Assembly (NCBI RefSeq): GCF_000172995.2
Contig: NC_014729.1
Coordinates: 1,080,001 to 1,112,000, forward strand
Direction of reading: 5' to 3'
DNA length: 32,000 nt
Source: Halogeometricum borinquense DSM 11551
Lineage (GTDB): Archaea; Halobacteriota; Halobacteria; Halobacteriales; Haloferacaceae
The position numbers were made by a program, and so were the translations under genes. The notes under the pieces were generated by a model, which was given only the letters and a program-made list of their open reading frames with translations, did no database searches and was not told the origin of the DNA. This document shows, piece by piece, positions 7,149 through 15,983 of the stretch (position 1 is the first letter of the stretch; each line of letters starts with the position of its first letter).

Positions 7149-7298
7149 CTAACTGCGGCGAGATTCGACCGGAATGAACCAATGCTTGGCAATATCTACC
7201 GCATAACCGTTGCGTCGCAGCCGTTCAATTTCGCCGGACAACGAGCGGATATCCGAAATGATTCGGATATGTGTCAGTTCAGTATCCTCTACTATCAT
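7149..7298 (-). CDS. Small hypothetical ORF (49 aa, MIVEDTELTHIRIISDIRSLSGEIERLRRNGYAVDIAKHWFIPVESRRS) in an AT-rich gap. It may be a gene remnant.
   Basis: Hand translation gives ATG 7296-7298 and TAG 7149-7151. The sequence looks like a plausible amphipathic protein, but codon third positions are AT-rich, unlike the neighbouring genes. Confidence 0.25.
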   Translation of the reverse strand: MIVEDTELTHIRIISDIRSLSGEIERLRRNGYAVDIAKHWFIPVESRRS

Positions 7299-7447
7299 AG
7301 CCTTCTCAGAGTATTCTCATCATCTGTATTTGGAGATTTAGCGGCGTTTGCTGGTAGAATGGCGTTTGAACTCTAGATATCTGCGTTCGCTAGCAATAAT
7401 ATTTCCAACACGCTCTAGTTCTCTGGTATGATATCTGGGACCAAGGG

Positions 7448-7455
7448 TTATTTTT
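7448..7455 (+). promoter_or_regulatory. TATA box for the 7477 gene (leaderless).
   Basis: TTATTTTT is centred about 26 nt upstream of ATG 7477. Confidence 0.45.
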
Positions 7456-7476
7456 GTCGGCTGCTGTGGTGCCCGT

Positions 7477-7863
7477 ATGGGTATCGCACATCTAGTTGAT
7501 CTCCTCCGGTCAGAGCTGCACGAGGACTTGCGGTGCTGCGTGGAGTATGCGGGTGAGGAGGTTCAACCACATTATCTGCGGTCCGACGTGGACCCAGCTA
7601 CTGCGCGCGAACACGCGCATCTCCTGCGACGGTTCTACATCGGTCAAGAGTCCGTCCGACGTCACGAGACGAATCCGTCCGGTCCGGGCAGCCTGCGCGG
7701 GTCCGTCCACTACTTCGAGGAACTAGTCGCCATCATCGTCCCCTTGGGCACGGACACCACTATCGGTGTGTTCCTCGACGGGGATTCGGCGGTGATTCCC
7801 GAACCACGCCTCTCCCAGTTGTCGGAAGAATGGGCAATCGAAGCGTCCGACTGCGTCCGCTGA
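7477..7863 (+). CDS. Hypothetical protein (128 aa, acidic, haloarchaeal type).
   Basis: Clean ATG ORF with a TATA box at -26. I recognise no family with confidence. Confidence 0.55.
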   Translation: MGIAHLVDLLRSELHEDLRCCVEYAGEEVQPHYLRSDVDPATAREHAHLLRRFYIGQESVRRHETNPSGPGSLRGSVHYFEELVAIIVPLGTDTTIGVFLDGDSAVIPEPRLSQLSEEWAIEASDCVR

Positions 7864-7923
7864 GGACCGCGAATCGATAGCGACGACGGCAAACTGGCTG
7901 GTACCCGCGAATAGAGTCAGCCG

Positions 7924-9033
7924 TCAGAGCGAAACCCATTCGCCGCTGTCGTCCGACCGCTCGATTGCGTCCAGAATCTGCTGGACTGCGTACCCAGCCT
8001 CGAAGGAGGGAGAGAACGCCACCCCGTCGCGGATGGCCGAAAGGAATTCGTAGTTTTCGTGGACGAACGTGTGTTCCCAGCCGAGAACGTGTCCCGGTGG
8101 CCACCAGTGGTCGAGGTACGGGTCGTCCGCGTCGGTCATGAGAATCGTTTCGTAGCCCCGATGGTCGGCACCTTTGTACTCCAGTTCGTTCAGCCGTTCG
8201 AGTGAGAACCGTAGACTCCCCTCGGAGCCGTGAATCCGGATCGTGTGGTCGTTTTTGTGCCCATCGGCGACGCGTGACGCCTCAAACGTTCCCATCGCAC
8301 CGTTCTCGAACGTCGCCTGCGCGGAGTAGGCGTCGTCAACCGTCACCGGTCGCGTTTCGTCTGTTCCCTCGACGGGTCGCTCTGCTACGAACGTCTGCAA
8401 ATTCCCGGAGATACGTTCGATGTCACCCGCGACATCACCGACGAGGAAGCGTGCGAGGTCGATTGTATGCGCGCCGAGGTCGCCCAACGCGCCGCTTCCG
8501 GCGAGTTTCGCATCGTTCCGCCACGACCACGGAGCGTCAGCGTCTGTTAGCCAATCCTGCATGTAGCTCCCGCGGACGTGACGAATCTCGCCGAGTGTTC
8601 CGTCGTCGATCAGTCCCTTCGCGTATTGAATCGCCGGGACAAACCGGTAGTTGAAGGCACATCCGGCGATGGCGTCGGAGTCGGCGGCGGCATCACGCAT
8701 CTTCTCGGCCTCGTCCAGCGTCGGCGCGAGCGGTTTCTCGCAGAAGACTGGCGTGTCGGCCTTCAGCGCGGCAATGGATGGCTCCGCGTGGATGTGGTTC
8801 GGTCCGAGGTTGTAGAAGGCGTCAACTTCGTCTACGACCGATTCCCAGTCCGTCGCGGTGTGTTCGAAGCCGAGTTCGTCGGCGGCGCTGGCGAGCGCCT
8901 CCTCGTCGCGGCCGATGAGCGTGTGGCGGTGGACATCGGGCGCGTCGGGGAAGAACATCGGGAGACGCGCGAGCGCGTTCGAGTGCGCCTTACCCATGAA
9001 CCGGTAGCCGAGGACGGCGACGTTGAGCGTCAT
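7924..9033 (-). CDS. Gfo/Idh/MocA family NAD(P)-dependent oxidoreductase.
   Basis: 369 aa. N-terminal Rossmann segment LNVAVLGYRFMGKAHSNAL and the EKPLA motif (FCEKPLAPTLDEAEKM) are typical of the family. Confidence 0.88.
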   Translation of the reverse strand: MTLNVAVLGYRFMGKAHSNALARLPMFFPDAPDVHRHTLIGRDEEALASAADELGFEHTATDWESVVDEVDAFYNLGPNHIHAEPSIAALKADTPVFCEKPLAPTLDEAEKMRDAAADSDAIAGCAFNYRFVPAIQYAKGLIDDGTLGEIRHVRGSYMQDWLTDADAPWSWRNDAKLAGSGALGDLGAHTIDLARFLVGDVAGDIERISGNLQTFVAERPVEGTDETRPVTVDDAYSAQATFENGAMGTFEASRVADGHKNDHTIRIHGSEGSLRFSLERLNELEYKGADHRGYETILMTDADDPYLDHWWPPGHVLGWEHTFVHENYEFLSAIRDGVAFSPSFEAGYAVQQILDAIERSDDSGEWVSL

Positions 9034-9158
9034 AGTGAGCGGTTCTCACGGCGACGGCTTAGCGTTTCATGTCCAGCAACCTTTTGCGACGGTCCGCTCT
9101 CCTCCATTGAGGAGATACACTGTATCCCGAAAAACTGCTGACGAGTCTCTGAGACAGA

Positions 9159-10127
9159 CTACTCTGCCCAGTAGGCCTCGCCGGGTTTGGTGTCGAAGAC
9201 CGCGCGTCCGAGTACATCCACTGCCTTTTCGAGGCCCTCTCTGGACGAGGTGAGCGAGTCCTCGTGTTCGATGGAAAGTGCGCCCTCGTAGCCGACCATT
9301 CTGAGCGTCGAGACCACGTCCTTCCAGTGACTTTCGCCGTGACCGTAGCCGATAGAGCGGAACAGCCACGAGCGGTTCGGTTCGTCGGCGTAGTCGGTGG
9401 TGTCGAGGACGCCTTTGATGCGCGACTTGGGTTCGTACACTTTCGTGTCCTTCGCGTGGAAATGGTGAATCGCATCTTCCGTACCGAGGAACCGAATCGC
9501 GTCGGTCACCTCGATTCCCTGCCAGTAAAGGTGCGAGGGGTCGAAGTTCGCGCCGATTCGGTCGTTGGTCGCTTCGCGCAGTTTCAGCATCCCCGTCGGT
9601 TCGTAGACGAGCATGTTCGGGTGCATCTCGATGGCCATATCGACGCCGTGGTCGTCGGCAAATTCGGCGAGGGCAGACCAGTACTCGATTGCGACATCCC
9701 ATTGGTACTCGTGGGCGTCGGCGTGCTCGGTCGGCCACGGGGCCGTGATCCAGTTCGGCACCTCGTCGTTCGGGCCGCCCGCCGGAAGCCCCGAAAAGCA
9801 GGTGACGGTGTTTACATCTAACTGCGCGGCCAGTTCGATGGCTTCGCGGAGTTCGGTGTCCGCTTCCTCGGCCGTCTCCTCGTCCGGATGCAGCGGGTTG
9901 TTGTGCGTGGCGAGCGCGCTCACCTGCATGTCGTGTTCGTCTAACAGGTCGTGCAGTTGCGCCTGCTTGGACTCGTCGCCGAGGTACGCACGCCTGTCGA
10001 GATGGTCGTCGCCCGGAAAACCGCCGACACCGATCTCGACGCCCTGAACGCCGATATCGTCCAGATACGAGAGCGCGTCGGCGAGCGATTCGCCACCGAG
10101 CGGAACGGTGAGTACGCCGATGTACAT
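9159..10127 (-). CDS. Sugar phosphate isomerase/epimerase (xylose isomerase-like TIM barrel).
   Basis: 322 aa, with the pattern GVQGVEIG...HNNPLHPD...MAIEMHP...GHGE typical of AP endonuclease 2 / xylose isomerase-like TIM barrels. It is adjacent to a Gfo/Idh/MocA partner, a common pairing. Confidence 0.85.
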   Translation of the reverse strand: MYIGVLTVPLGGESLADALSYLDDIGVQGVEIGVGGFPGDDHLDRRAYLGDESKQAQLHDLLDEHDMQVSALATHNNPLHPDEETAEEADTELREAIELAAQLDVNTVTCFSGLPAGGPNDEVPNWITAPWPTEHADAHEYQWDVAIEYWSALAEFADDHGVDMAIEMHPNMLVYEPTGMLKLREATNDRIGANFDPSHLYWQGIEVTDAIRFLGTEDAIHHFHAKDTKVYEPKSRIKGVLDTTDYADEPNRSWLFRSIGYGHGESHWKDVVSTLRMVGYEGALSIEHEDSLTSSREGLEKAVDVLGRAVFDTKPGEAYWAE

Positions 10128-10226
10128 ACCGAATGCACAGGGTGCGTTTGATTAAATCTTGAGGGGGATGGTACCGATGGGCGAACGGCCTACAGTCTTT
10201 TGACTCTCTGTCATAGATATAGAGCC

Positions 10227-10514
10227 ATGCCGACATACATCACACACGTCGATGTCGATGGGGACGAATATCAGAATCCGCAGGAACTCGCGTCGATCTG
10301 GGGGTCCATCCGGGAAGATGTCCGGCAACTCGGCGGCGAAATACTCGACACGCACGTGGTTCTCGGCCCGTACGACTTCGACGTTCGGTTCGAGGTCTCG
10401 GACGACTGGGAGGCGTTTCAGGTGACGCAGGTCATCGAACGCCACGGTCTCGACACCGAGACGATGCAGGCGCTTCCCATCGAGCGTCTCGGAGAAGTCG
10501 TCGAGGACGTTTGA
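10227..10514 (+). CDS. GYD domain protein.
   Basis: 95 aa from ATG 10227 (MPTYITHVDV...LGPYDFDV...), the characteristic GYD-family start and core. The track ORF begins 27 nt upstream. Confidence 0.7.
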   Translation: MPTYITHVDVDGDEYQNPQELASIWGSIREDVRQLGGEILDTHVVLGPYDFDVRFEVSDDWEAFQVTQVIERHGLDTETMQALPIERLGEVVEDV

Positions 10515-10581
10515 ACACGTCCGGAGTGAAAGTCACCGGCGCGGTCGCTCCGACGGTGACCATCAGCCGATCAGCACAGCC

Positions 10582-11124
10582 TTATCGACGGAACAACTCG
10601 GAGAACTTCTCGCGGATACTCGCTTTTTCGCCCAAGCGGAGGTAGTATGCGTCGCCGCCGTCCTCGTAGTAGTTGCTGATCCGGCGCTTGACCTCGAATC
10701 CGATGTGTTCGTAAAACGAGAGGGCGTCTTCGTTCGTCGTTCGTGCGTGGCAGGAAACAGAGCGGTGGTCGCGGGCGACTTCAGCGACGAGTCGTTTGCC
10801 GTACCCCTTGCCGCGTGCCTCGGGGGCGACGGCAAGAAAGAGAATGTATCCGTCGCGGCGCGCGGCGGCAAACCCCATGAGTGTCTCATCCTCGAAGTAG
10901 AGGTGCGTCGTCGCGCGACGGTAGGCGTCCGTGAAGAATCCGTGTCGCTGCTTCAGCACGCCCTCGGACTCCCGGATCCGCTCTTTGAGTTCCCACGCCT
11001 CTTCGGCGTGTTCTGCGGACCCCGGTTGATCCACTCGTTTCTCCACGTTGACGCTCACACCGTCGGTTAGAGTGGTCACGAATATAACTCCACCGTCGTT
11101 GTGACCGAGACGCGAGAATTTCAT
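10582..11124 (-). CDS. GNAT family N-acetyltransferase (small).
   Basis: 180 aa. The motif LAVAPEARGKGYGKRLV...ALSFYEHIGFE is GNAT motif A/B. Confidence 0.88.
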   Translation of the reverse strand: MKFSRLGHNDGGVIFVTTLTDGVSVNVEKRVDQPGSAEHAEEAWELKERIRESEGVLKQRHGFFTDAYRRATTHLYFEDETLMGFAAARRDGYILFLAVAPEARGKGYGKRLVAEVARDHRSVSCHARTTNEDALSFYEHIGFEVKRRISNYYEDGGDAYYLRLGEKASIREKFSELFRR

Positions 11125-11189
11125 AGCGGCCCGCTCGCTGAAAACGGATGCATATCATAGCGGTCCGCTTGCTGACAAGCGGATGCACC
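11121..11189. repeat. Imperfect tandem duplication (about 34 bp x 2) spanning the GNAT start codon. The second copy carries a perfect palindrome.
   Basis: Unit 1 is TCATAGCGGCCCGCTCGCTGAAAACGGATGCATA (11121-11154). Unit 2 is TCATAGCGGTCCGCTTGCTGACAAGCGGATGCACC (11155-11189). The palindrome CCGCTTG-CTGA-CAAGCGG lies at 11165-11182. Confidence 0.7.
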
Positions 11190-11237
11190 CGACGACGACC
11201 GGAAGAGAGAGGGTGACGGCGACGCAGATTCGATGAC

Positions 11238-11651
11238 ATGAGCTTCGAACTCCGCGACCACACTGCCGACGTGGCCGTCGCCGCGTCCGCACCGACGCGT
11301 TCTGCACTGTTCGCCGCCGTCGCCGATGGCCTAGCCGCTGCCGGGTGCGACGAAATCCCCGAGACGGGTGGTGACCGGTTCGATGTTGAGGTCCGCGCCG
11401 AAAACGTCGAAGCGCTTCTGTTCGACTATCTCGATCAGCTTATCTTCGAACGCGACGTTCGCGCCGTCATGCCCGTCGATAACGAGGCGTCGGTCGAAGA
11501 ACGCGACGGGGAGTGGGTACTCACGGGGTCCGCACGCGGCGTCTCACTGGACGAGATTGATGCCCGCGAGATCAAGGCCGTCACCTACTCCGAGATGCGG
11601 GTCGAAGAGACGGACGAGGGGTGGGAAGCGTACGTCGTTCTCGACGTGTGA
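11238..11651 (+). CDS. Archease (RtcB activator/chaperone).
   Basis: 137 aa with the N-terminal FELRDHTADVAV signature and C-terminal KAVTYSEMRVEE... Confidence 0.9.
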   Translation: MSFELRDHTADVAVAASAPTRSALFAAVADGLAAAGCDEIPETGGDRFDVEVRAENVEALLFDYLDQLIFERDVRAVMPVDNEASVEERDGEWVLTGSARGVSLDEIDAREIKAVTYSEMRVEETDEGWEAYVVLDV

Positions 11652-11758
11652 TCCGCATGGGGTGAATCTATCTCTATTGTTCGTTATCGGGTTTCTTGCG
11701 CCCTCTACCGCCGTGATACGTCCGACGAACTTACCCCTTCTCGGTCGAAGGGAGAGAT

Positions 11759-12865
11759 ATGAAACAGAGACCGTTCGCGGCCCAGTTCGTCTCGTTCACC
11801 GCAGTTGTCGTCGTCGCCATCGTCGCTGCCACCGGACGAGCGAGCGCGCACGTGAAATACGTCACACCGGGAAGCGAACCGGTCGAAGTCGTCCAGTTCT
11901 TACTGACGGCGCTGTCGGATCCGTTCACACTCGCCGTCCTCGGCATCGGCGGCGTTACTGTCGGCGCACTCGTTGCACTCTACCTTCATCTCCGTCCGGC
12001 CCGCCGCGATGTTGCGGTGTTCCGTGAGACGATGGCTAGTTATGACGACTTGCTTCCGTGGTTGCTTCGTCTGAGTGTCGGACTCCCTCTCGTGGGTGCG
12101 GGCTTCGCTGGCTACTTTTTCAGTCCTCTCGTCCAGACTGCGATCCCGACGTTCACGCGCCTGTTCGGCATCGGCGTCGGCTTCCTGCTCCTGTTCGGAT
12201 TCGGGACGCGCCTCGTCGCCACCGTCGGTCTCCTCTCGTACCTCGTTGGTCTCGCTTTCGAACCGGCGCTGTTTCTCGCGTTCGAGTACGTCCCCGGGTT
12301 CCTCGCCATTGCGCTCCTCGGCGGCGGCCGTCCGAGCGCAGACCATCTCGTCGCGCGCCTCGCCGCCGACGACACTCTCTACTCCCGTATCGATCCGTTT
12401 TACCGCGCTGTCGCCGTGCCGTTCGTCCGTCGCGTTGAACCGTACACGTCGCTTGTTCCCGTCGTCCTCCGCGTCGGTCTCGGGATCTCGTTTATCTACC
12501 TCGGGATCGCGCAGAAACTGATGAACCCAGGCGACGCCCTCGCCGTCGTTGCCAAGTATGACTTGACCGCTGTGGTCCCCGTCGCGCCCGAACTGTGGAT
12601 CGTCGGCGCGGGTCTGACGGAAGTTCTCGTCGGCGTTGCACTTCTTTTCGGCGCGTTCACCCGCGGGGCGGCCGCCATCTCCTTTCTGCTCTTTACGACG
12701 ACGCTGTTCGGCCTTCCGGACGATCCGGTACTCGCTCATATCTCGCTGTTCGGTCTCGTCTCGGCGCTGTTAGTCACGGGTTCTGGCGCGTTTTCAGTGG
12801 ACGCGTGGCTTCACGAAACCGATGAGAGTCAAAAACACGAAGATACCGCACCGTCCGGTACCTGA
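11759..12865 (+). CDS. Polytopic membrane protein, DoxX-like (two hydrophobic modules), with an N-terminal signal/anchor.
   Basis: 368 aa with about 8 hydrophobic segments. The DoxX assignment rests on general resemblance only. Confidence 0.6.
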   Translation: MKQRPFAAQFVSFTAVVVVAIVAATGRASAHVKYVTPGSEPVEVVQFLLTALSDPFTLAVLGIGGVTVGALVALYLHLRPARRDVAVFRETMASYDDLLPWLLRLSVGLPLVGAGFAGYFFSPLVQTAIPTFTRLFGIGVGFLLLFGFGTRLVATVGLLSYLVGLAFEPALFLAFEYVPGFLAIALLGGGRPSADHLVARLAADDTLYSRIDPFYRAVAVPFVRRVEPYTSLVPVVLRVGLGISFIYLGIAQKLMNPGDALAVVAKYDLTAVVPVAPELWIVGAGLTEVLVGVALLFGAFTRGAAAISFLLFTTTLFGLPDDPVLAHISLFGLVSALLVTGSGAFSVDAWLHETDESQKHEDTAPSGT

Positions 12866-12949
12866 GTTGACACCGGCTTACGTCGCTTCCGGAGACTTTC
12901 AGCGGACGCGGACGGAATTCTATTCAGTTACCGCGTCGAACCTCTATCT

Positions 12950-14419
12950 ATGACCAAGGATGACGTGAAAGAGTTCGGCGACATCCGCCTCGAACGCGTC
13001 CGTGAACACGTTTGGGAGATGCCGCGAGAAGGCGATATGCGCGTGCCTGCCCGCGTTCTCGCCAGCGAAGAACTCTTAGAACAGATTCGGCAGGACAAGA
13101 CGCTCGAACAGTTACGGAACGCCACGCATCTGCCGGGGATGACGAAGTACGCCATCTGCATGCCCGACGGGCACCAAGGGTACGGTTTCCCAGTCGGCGG
13201 GGTCGGCGCGACTGACACAGAAGAAGGCTGTATTTCGCCCGGAAGCGTCGGTTACGACATCAACTGCGGCGTCAGGATGATGAGAACGAACCTGACGTAC
13301 GACGAACTCAAGGGCAACGAAGAGGAGTTAGTCGAAGCTCTGTTCGCCAACATCCCTTCGGGACTCGGCGGCGGCGGCATCGTCGAGAGCGACGTCGATA
13401 CCGTTGATCAGGTCCTCTCTCGTGGTGTTGACTGGGCGCTCGAACACGGCCATGCGGTCGAAGCGGACTTGGCCCACTGTGAGGACGAGGGGTTCCGCCC
13501 GGATGCAGACCCGGACGCCGTCTCGCAGAAGGCCAAGGACCGAGGCAAGAACCAACTCGGCAGTCTCGGCTCCGGTAACCACTTTCTCGAAGTCCAGCGC
13601 GTGACCGACGTGTTCCGCGAGGACGTGGCAACTGAGTTCGGTCTCGAAGAAGACCAGATTGTCGTCCTCATCCACTGCGGGTCGCGCGGGTTAGGGCATC
13701 AGGTCTGTACGGACTACCTCCGGCGCATCGAGAAGGAACACGGGGACCTCCTCGAATCGCTTCCGGACAAGGAACTGGCCGCCGCGCCCGCCGGGTCAGA
13801 TCTCGCAGAGGAGTACTACGGCGCGATGTGTGCCGCAATCAACTTCGCGTGGGTGAACCGGCAACTCATCATGCACCGGACGCGACGGGTGTTCGAACGC
13901 GTGTTCGGGCGCGACTGGGAGGAGATGGAGATGGACCTCCTGTACGACGTGGCGCACAACATCGCCAAGAAGGAGGTTCACGACGTGGGGGGCGAGGAAC
14001 GCGAACTGTTCGTCCACCGGAAAGGCGCAACGCGCGCGTTCCCCGCCGGACGGCCCGAACTGCCGTCTGCCTACCGCGATGTTGGTCAGCCGATCATTAT
14101 CCCCGGAAGCATGGGCGCGGGGAGTTACGTTCTCCGCGGCGGCGAACACTCGCTTGATCTCACGTTCGGTTCGACGGCCCACGGCGCGGGCCGGACGATG
14201 AGTCGGACGCAAGCGAAAAACGACTACTGGGGCGAAACAGTCCAAGAGGAACTGCGCGACCAACAGAAAATCTACGTCAAGGCACAGTCGGGAGCGACAA
14301 TCGCCGAGGAGGCTCCGGGCGTCTACAAGGACGTTGACGAAGTCGTCCGCGTCTCCGACGAACTCGGTATCGGCGACAAGGTGGTGCGGACGTTCCCCGT
14401 CTGCAACATCAAGGGGTGA
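12950..14419 (+). CDS. rtcB: RNA-splicing ligase RtcB (3'-phosphate/5'-hydroxyl tRNA ligase).
   Basis: 489 aa. Motifs MPDGHQGYGFPVGGV, DINCGVR, GSGNHFLE and HCGSRGLGHQ, with a C-terminal ...PVCNIKG. Confidence 0.95.
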   Translation: MTKDDVKEFGDIRLERVREHVWEMPREGDMRVPARVLASEELLEQIRQDKTLEQLRNATHLPGMTKYAICMPDGHQGYGFPVGGVGATDTEEGCISPGSVGYDINCGVRMMRTNLTYDELKGNEEELVEALFANIPSGLGGGGIVESDVDTVDQVLSRGVDWALEHGHAVEADLAHCEDEGFRPDADPDAVSQKAKDRGKNQLGSLGSGNHFLEVQRVTDVFREDVATEFGLEEDQIVVLIHCGSRGLGHQVCTDYLRRIEKEHGDLLESLPDKELAAAPAGSDLAEEYYGAMCAAINFAWVNRQLIMHRTRRVFERVFGRDWEEMEMDLLYDVAHNIAKKEVHDVGGEERELFVHRKGATRAFPAGRPELPSAYRDVGQPIIIPGSMGAGSYVLRGGEHSLDLTFGSTAHGAGRTMSRTQAKNDYWGETVQEELRDQQKIYVKAQSGATIAEEAPGVYKDVDEVVRVSDELGIGDKVVRTFPVCNIKG

Positions 14420-14441
14420 AAAGCGAGCGACCGACGCCGGC

Positions 14442-14807
14442 TTACGCCTGCGCCGTGGTCGCTGAGTCGGCACCGCGGTCCTCCCGGCGCTTGTAGAAGT
14501 AGTACGCGAGGGCGGCGAAACCGACGAACGCGGCCGCGATTCCCTCCTGCGGAACACCGCCAGCGAGGAGCGTCGTCGTCACGTCTGCGAGGCCGAGAGC
14601 GACGAGGACGAGTCCGCCGCCGAGAATCCACGCACGGCTATCGGTTCGGAGTTGTTCGTACTGCCCCGCCTCGATGAGCGCCATCTCCGTTCTGTGTTCG
14701 AGGCGCACGATGTAGACGACGGCACCGAGGAACGCGAGGACAGTGAATCCGAACAGCGTGAAGAACGCTACATCACCGAGTATCGACTGCATAGGTGTGA
14801 GTGTCAT
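14442..14807 (-). CDS. Small membrane protein (hypothetical).
   Basis: About 121 aa from ATG 14805-14807; the track start at 14810 is TTG. It has 3-4 hydrophobic helices. Confidence 0.55.
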   Translation of the reverse strand: MTLTPMQSILGDVAFFTLFGFTVLAFLGAVVYIVRLEHRTEMALIEAGQYEQLRTDSRAWILGGGLVLVALGLADVTTTLLAGGVPQEGIAAAFVGFAALAYYFYKRREDRGADSATTAQA

Positions 14808-14876
14808 CAAGCCAACAGACGCGCGGTGAGGAGATATACTCCGCTGTGAGCAGTGCTGACTCTCGTATACGCCACG

Positions 14877-15224
14877 CTACAGCCCGATATCCACGTACTC
14901 CGTCTCGGGCACGGGTTCGACCTCGTGTCCGTCCTCGAACCGGACGAACGAGAGGTAGAAGTCGCGGCCGCACGGCACGTCGAGCATCGGATTCTCCACG
15001 TCGTCCGCCTCGCTTTGGTCGCCCGTCCACCGGAGACCCGCAGCAGCGCTCTCTCCGCAGACGAAGTTGATTCCGTCCGCCGACTCGAAATCGTCGCCGG
15101 GGTCTGTGTACTCCCATCCTACGAGCGGGTAGGGCGTGACGGATTTGTCAGCGAGGTAGCCCTCACGCTGGAGTTCGACGACCGCCCCGCAGTGCGGGCA
15201 GTAGTAACTGACCGGATAACTCAT
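14877..15224 (-). CDS. Hypothetical zinc-ribbon protein (haloarchaeal type).
   Basis: About 115 aa from ATG 15222-15224; the track start at 15233 is TTG. It has a CPHCG ... C..G ... VPCG cysteine pattern and is very acidic. Confidence 0.55.
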   Translation of the reverse strand: MSYPVSYYCPHCGAVVELQREGYLADKSVTPYPLVGWEYTDPGDDFESADGINFVCGESAAAGLRWTGDQSEADDVENPMLDVPCGRDFYLSFVRFEDGHEVEPVPETEYVDIGL

Positions 15225-15319
15225 CGCTTCCAATAGGTGCCTGTCCGACTTAACGTCCTCGTCGCAAGACCCCGTGAGAACGTCCTCACCGGGCGTGACG
15301 GAAGGCGTACAAGTCTGAT

Positions 15320-15871
15320 TCAGACGCCAGAGGGGCCGTCGCCGACGTATCGGAATGCGACGCCAGCGCGTTCTGCAGTCAGTTTGTCCCGCCGGGAGTC
15401 ACCGACGAAGACGGCATCGTCCGGTGCGGCGTCCATCCGCCGAAGCGTCTCCAACAGCGGTTCCGGGTCGGGTTTCCGCGTCGCAACGGAGTCGCGGCCG
15501 ACGACGGCGTCCGCGTGCCCCGCGAGGTCGTGCGTGTCGAGCGCGACGTGACAGGCCGCTTCGCAGTTGAGCGAGCAGACGCCCTCGACCTCGAACGTGC
15601 CCATCGTCTCGGCGCAGGCGAGTCGCTTCGAGCGTCGCGCCCCCTCCTGTTCATGTTCAGAAAGAATCGCTTCGATGTCCTCACGCATGTCTGACTCGTC
15701 CGCGAGGTCTAACATGCCCCAGAGGTCCGTCCCGTCGGCATCGATTCCCGCCGCTCGAAACGTCGCTTCGGCCTCAGTCGCCACGGCACCCCAGTCCACG
15801 GCGAGGTGGACGAGCGTTCCGTCGAGGTCCCACACCACCGCGTCGAACGGCGCGAGGTCGCAAGTAGGCAT
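15320..15871 (-). CDS. HAD-superfamily hydrolase (phosphoglycolate phosphatase-like).
   Basis: 183 aa with motif I VVWDLDGTLV and motif IV FVGDSRRD. Confidence 0.85.
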   Translation of the reverse strand: MPTCDLAPFDAVVWDLDGTLVHLAVDWGAVATEAEATFRAAGIDADGTDLWGMLDLADESDMREDIEAILSEHEQEGARRSKRLACAETMGTFEVEGVCSLNCEAACHVALDTHDLAGHADAVVGRDSVATRKPDPEPLLETLRRMDAAPDDAVFVGDSRRDKLTAERAGVAFRYVGDGPSGV

Positions 15872-15983
15872 CGCCGGAGGTACGTGGTCAGGCGAAAAGA
15901 CCCTTCGGGAGCGTCCCGGCCTGCCGTGTTTGGGAGCGTCCCGCCTCGACGTGGTTTCCCTTCGACTGACGCTCTCGACCCGT

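Noticed and set aside
7271-7330. C/D-box sRNA-like motifs on the minus strand (AGATGATGA ... CTGA ... TGATAG ... CTGA).
   Set aside because: The box spacing is wrong: 7-9 nt guides instead of about 12. The C' box is degenerate and there is no terminal stem, so this is probably coincidence in AT-rich DNA.
7029-7376. A 115-aa plus-strand track ORF in the AT-rich gap.
   Set aside because: It has a TTG start, an implausible sequence and no halophile acidity. It overlaps the more protein-like 49-aa minus-strand ORF.
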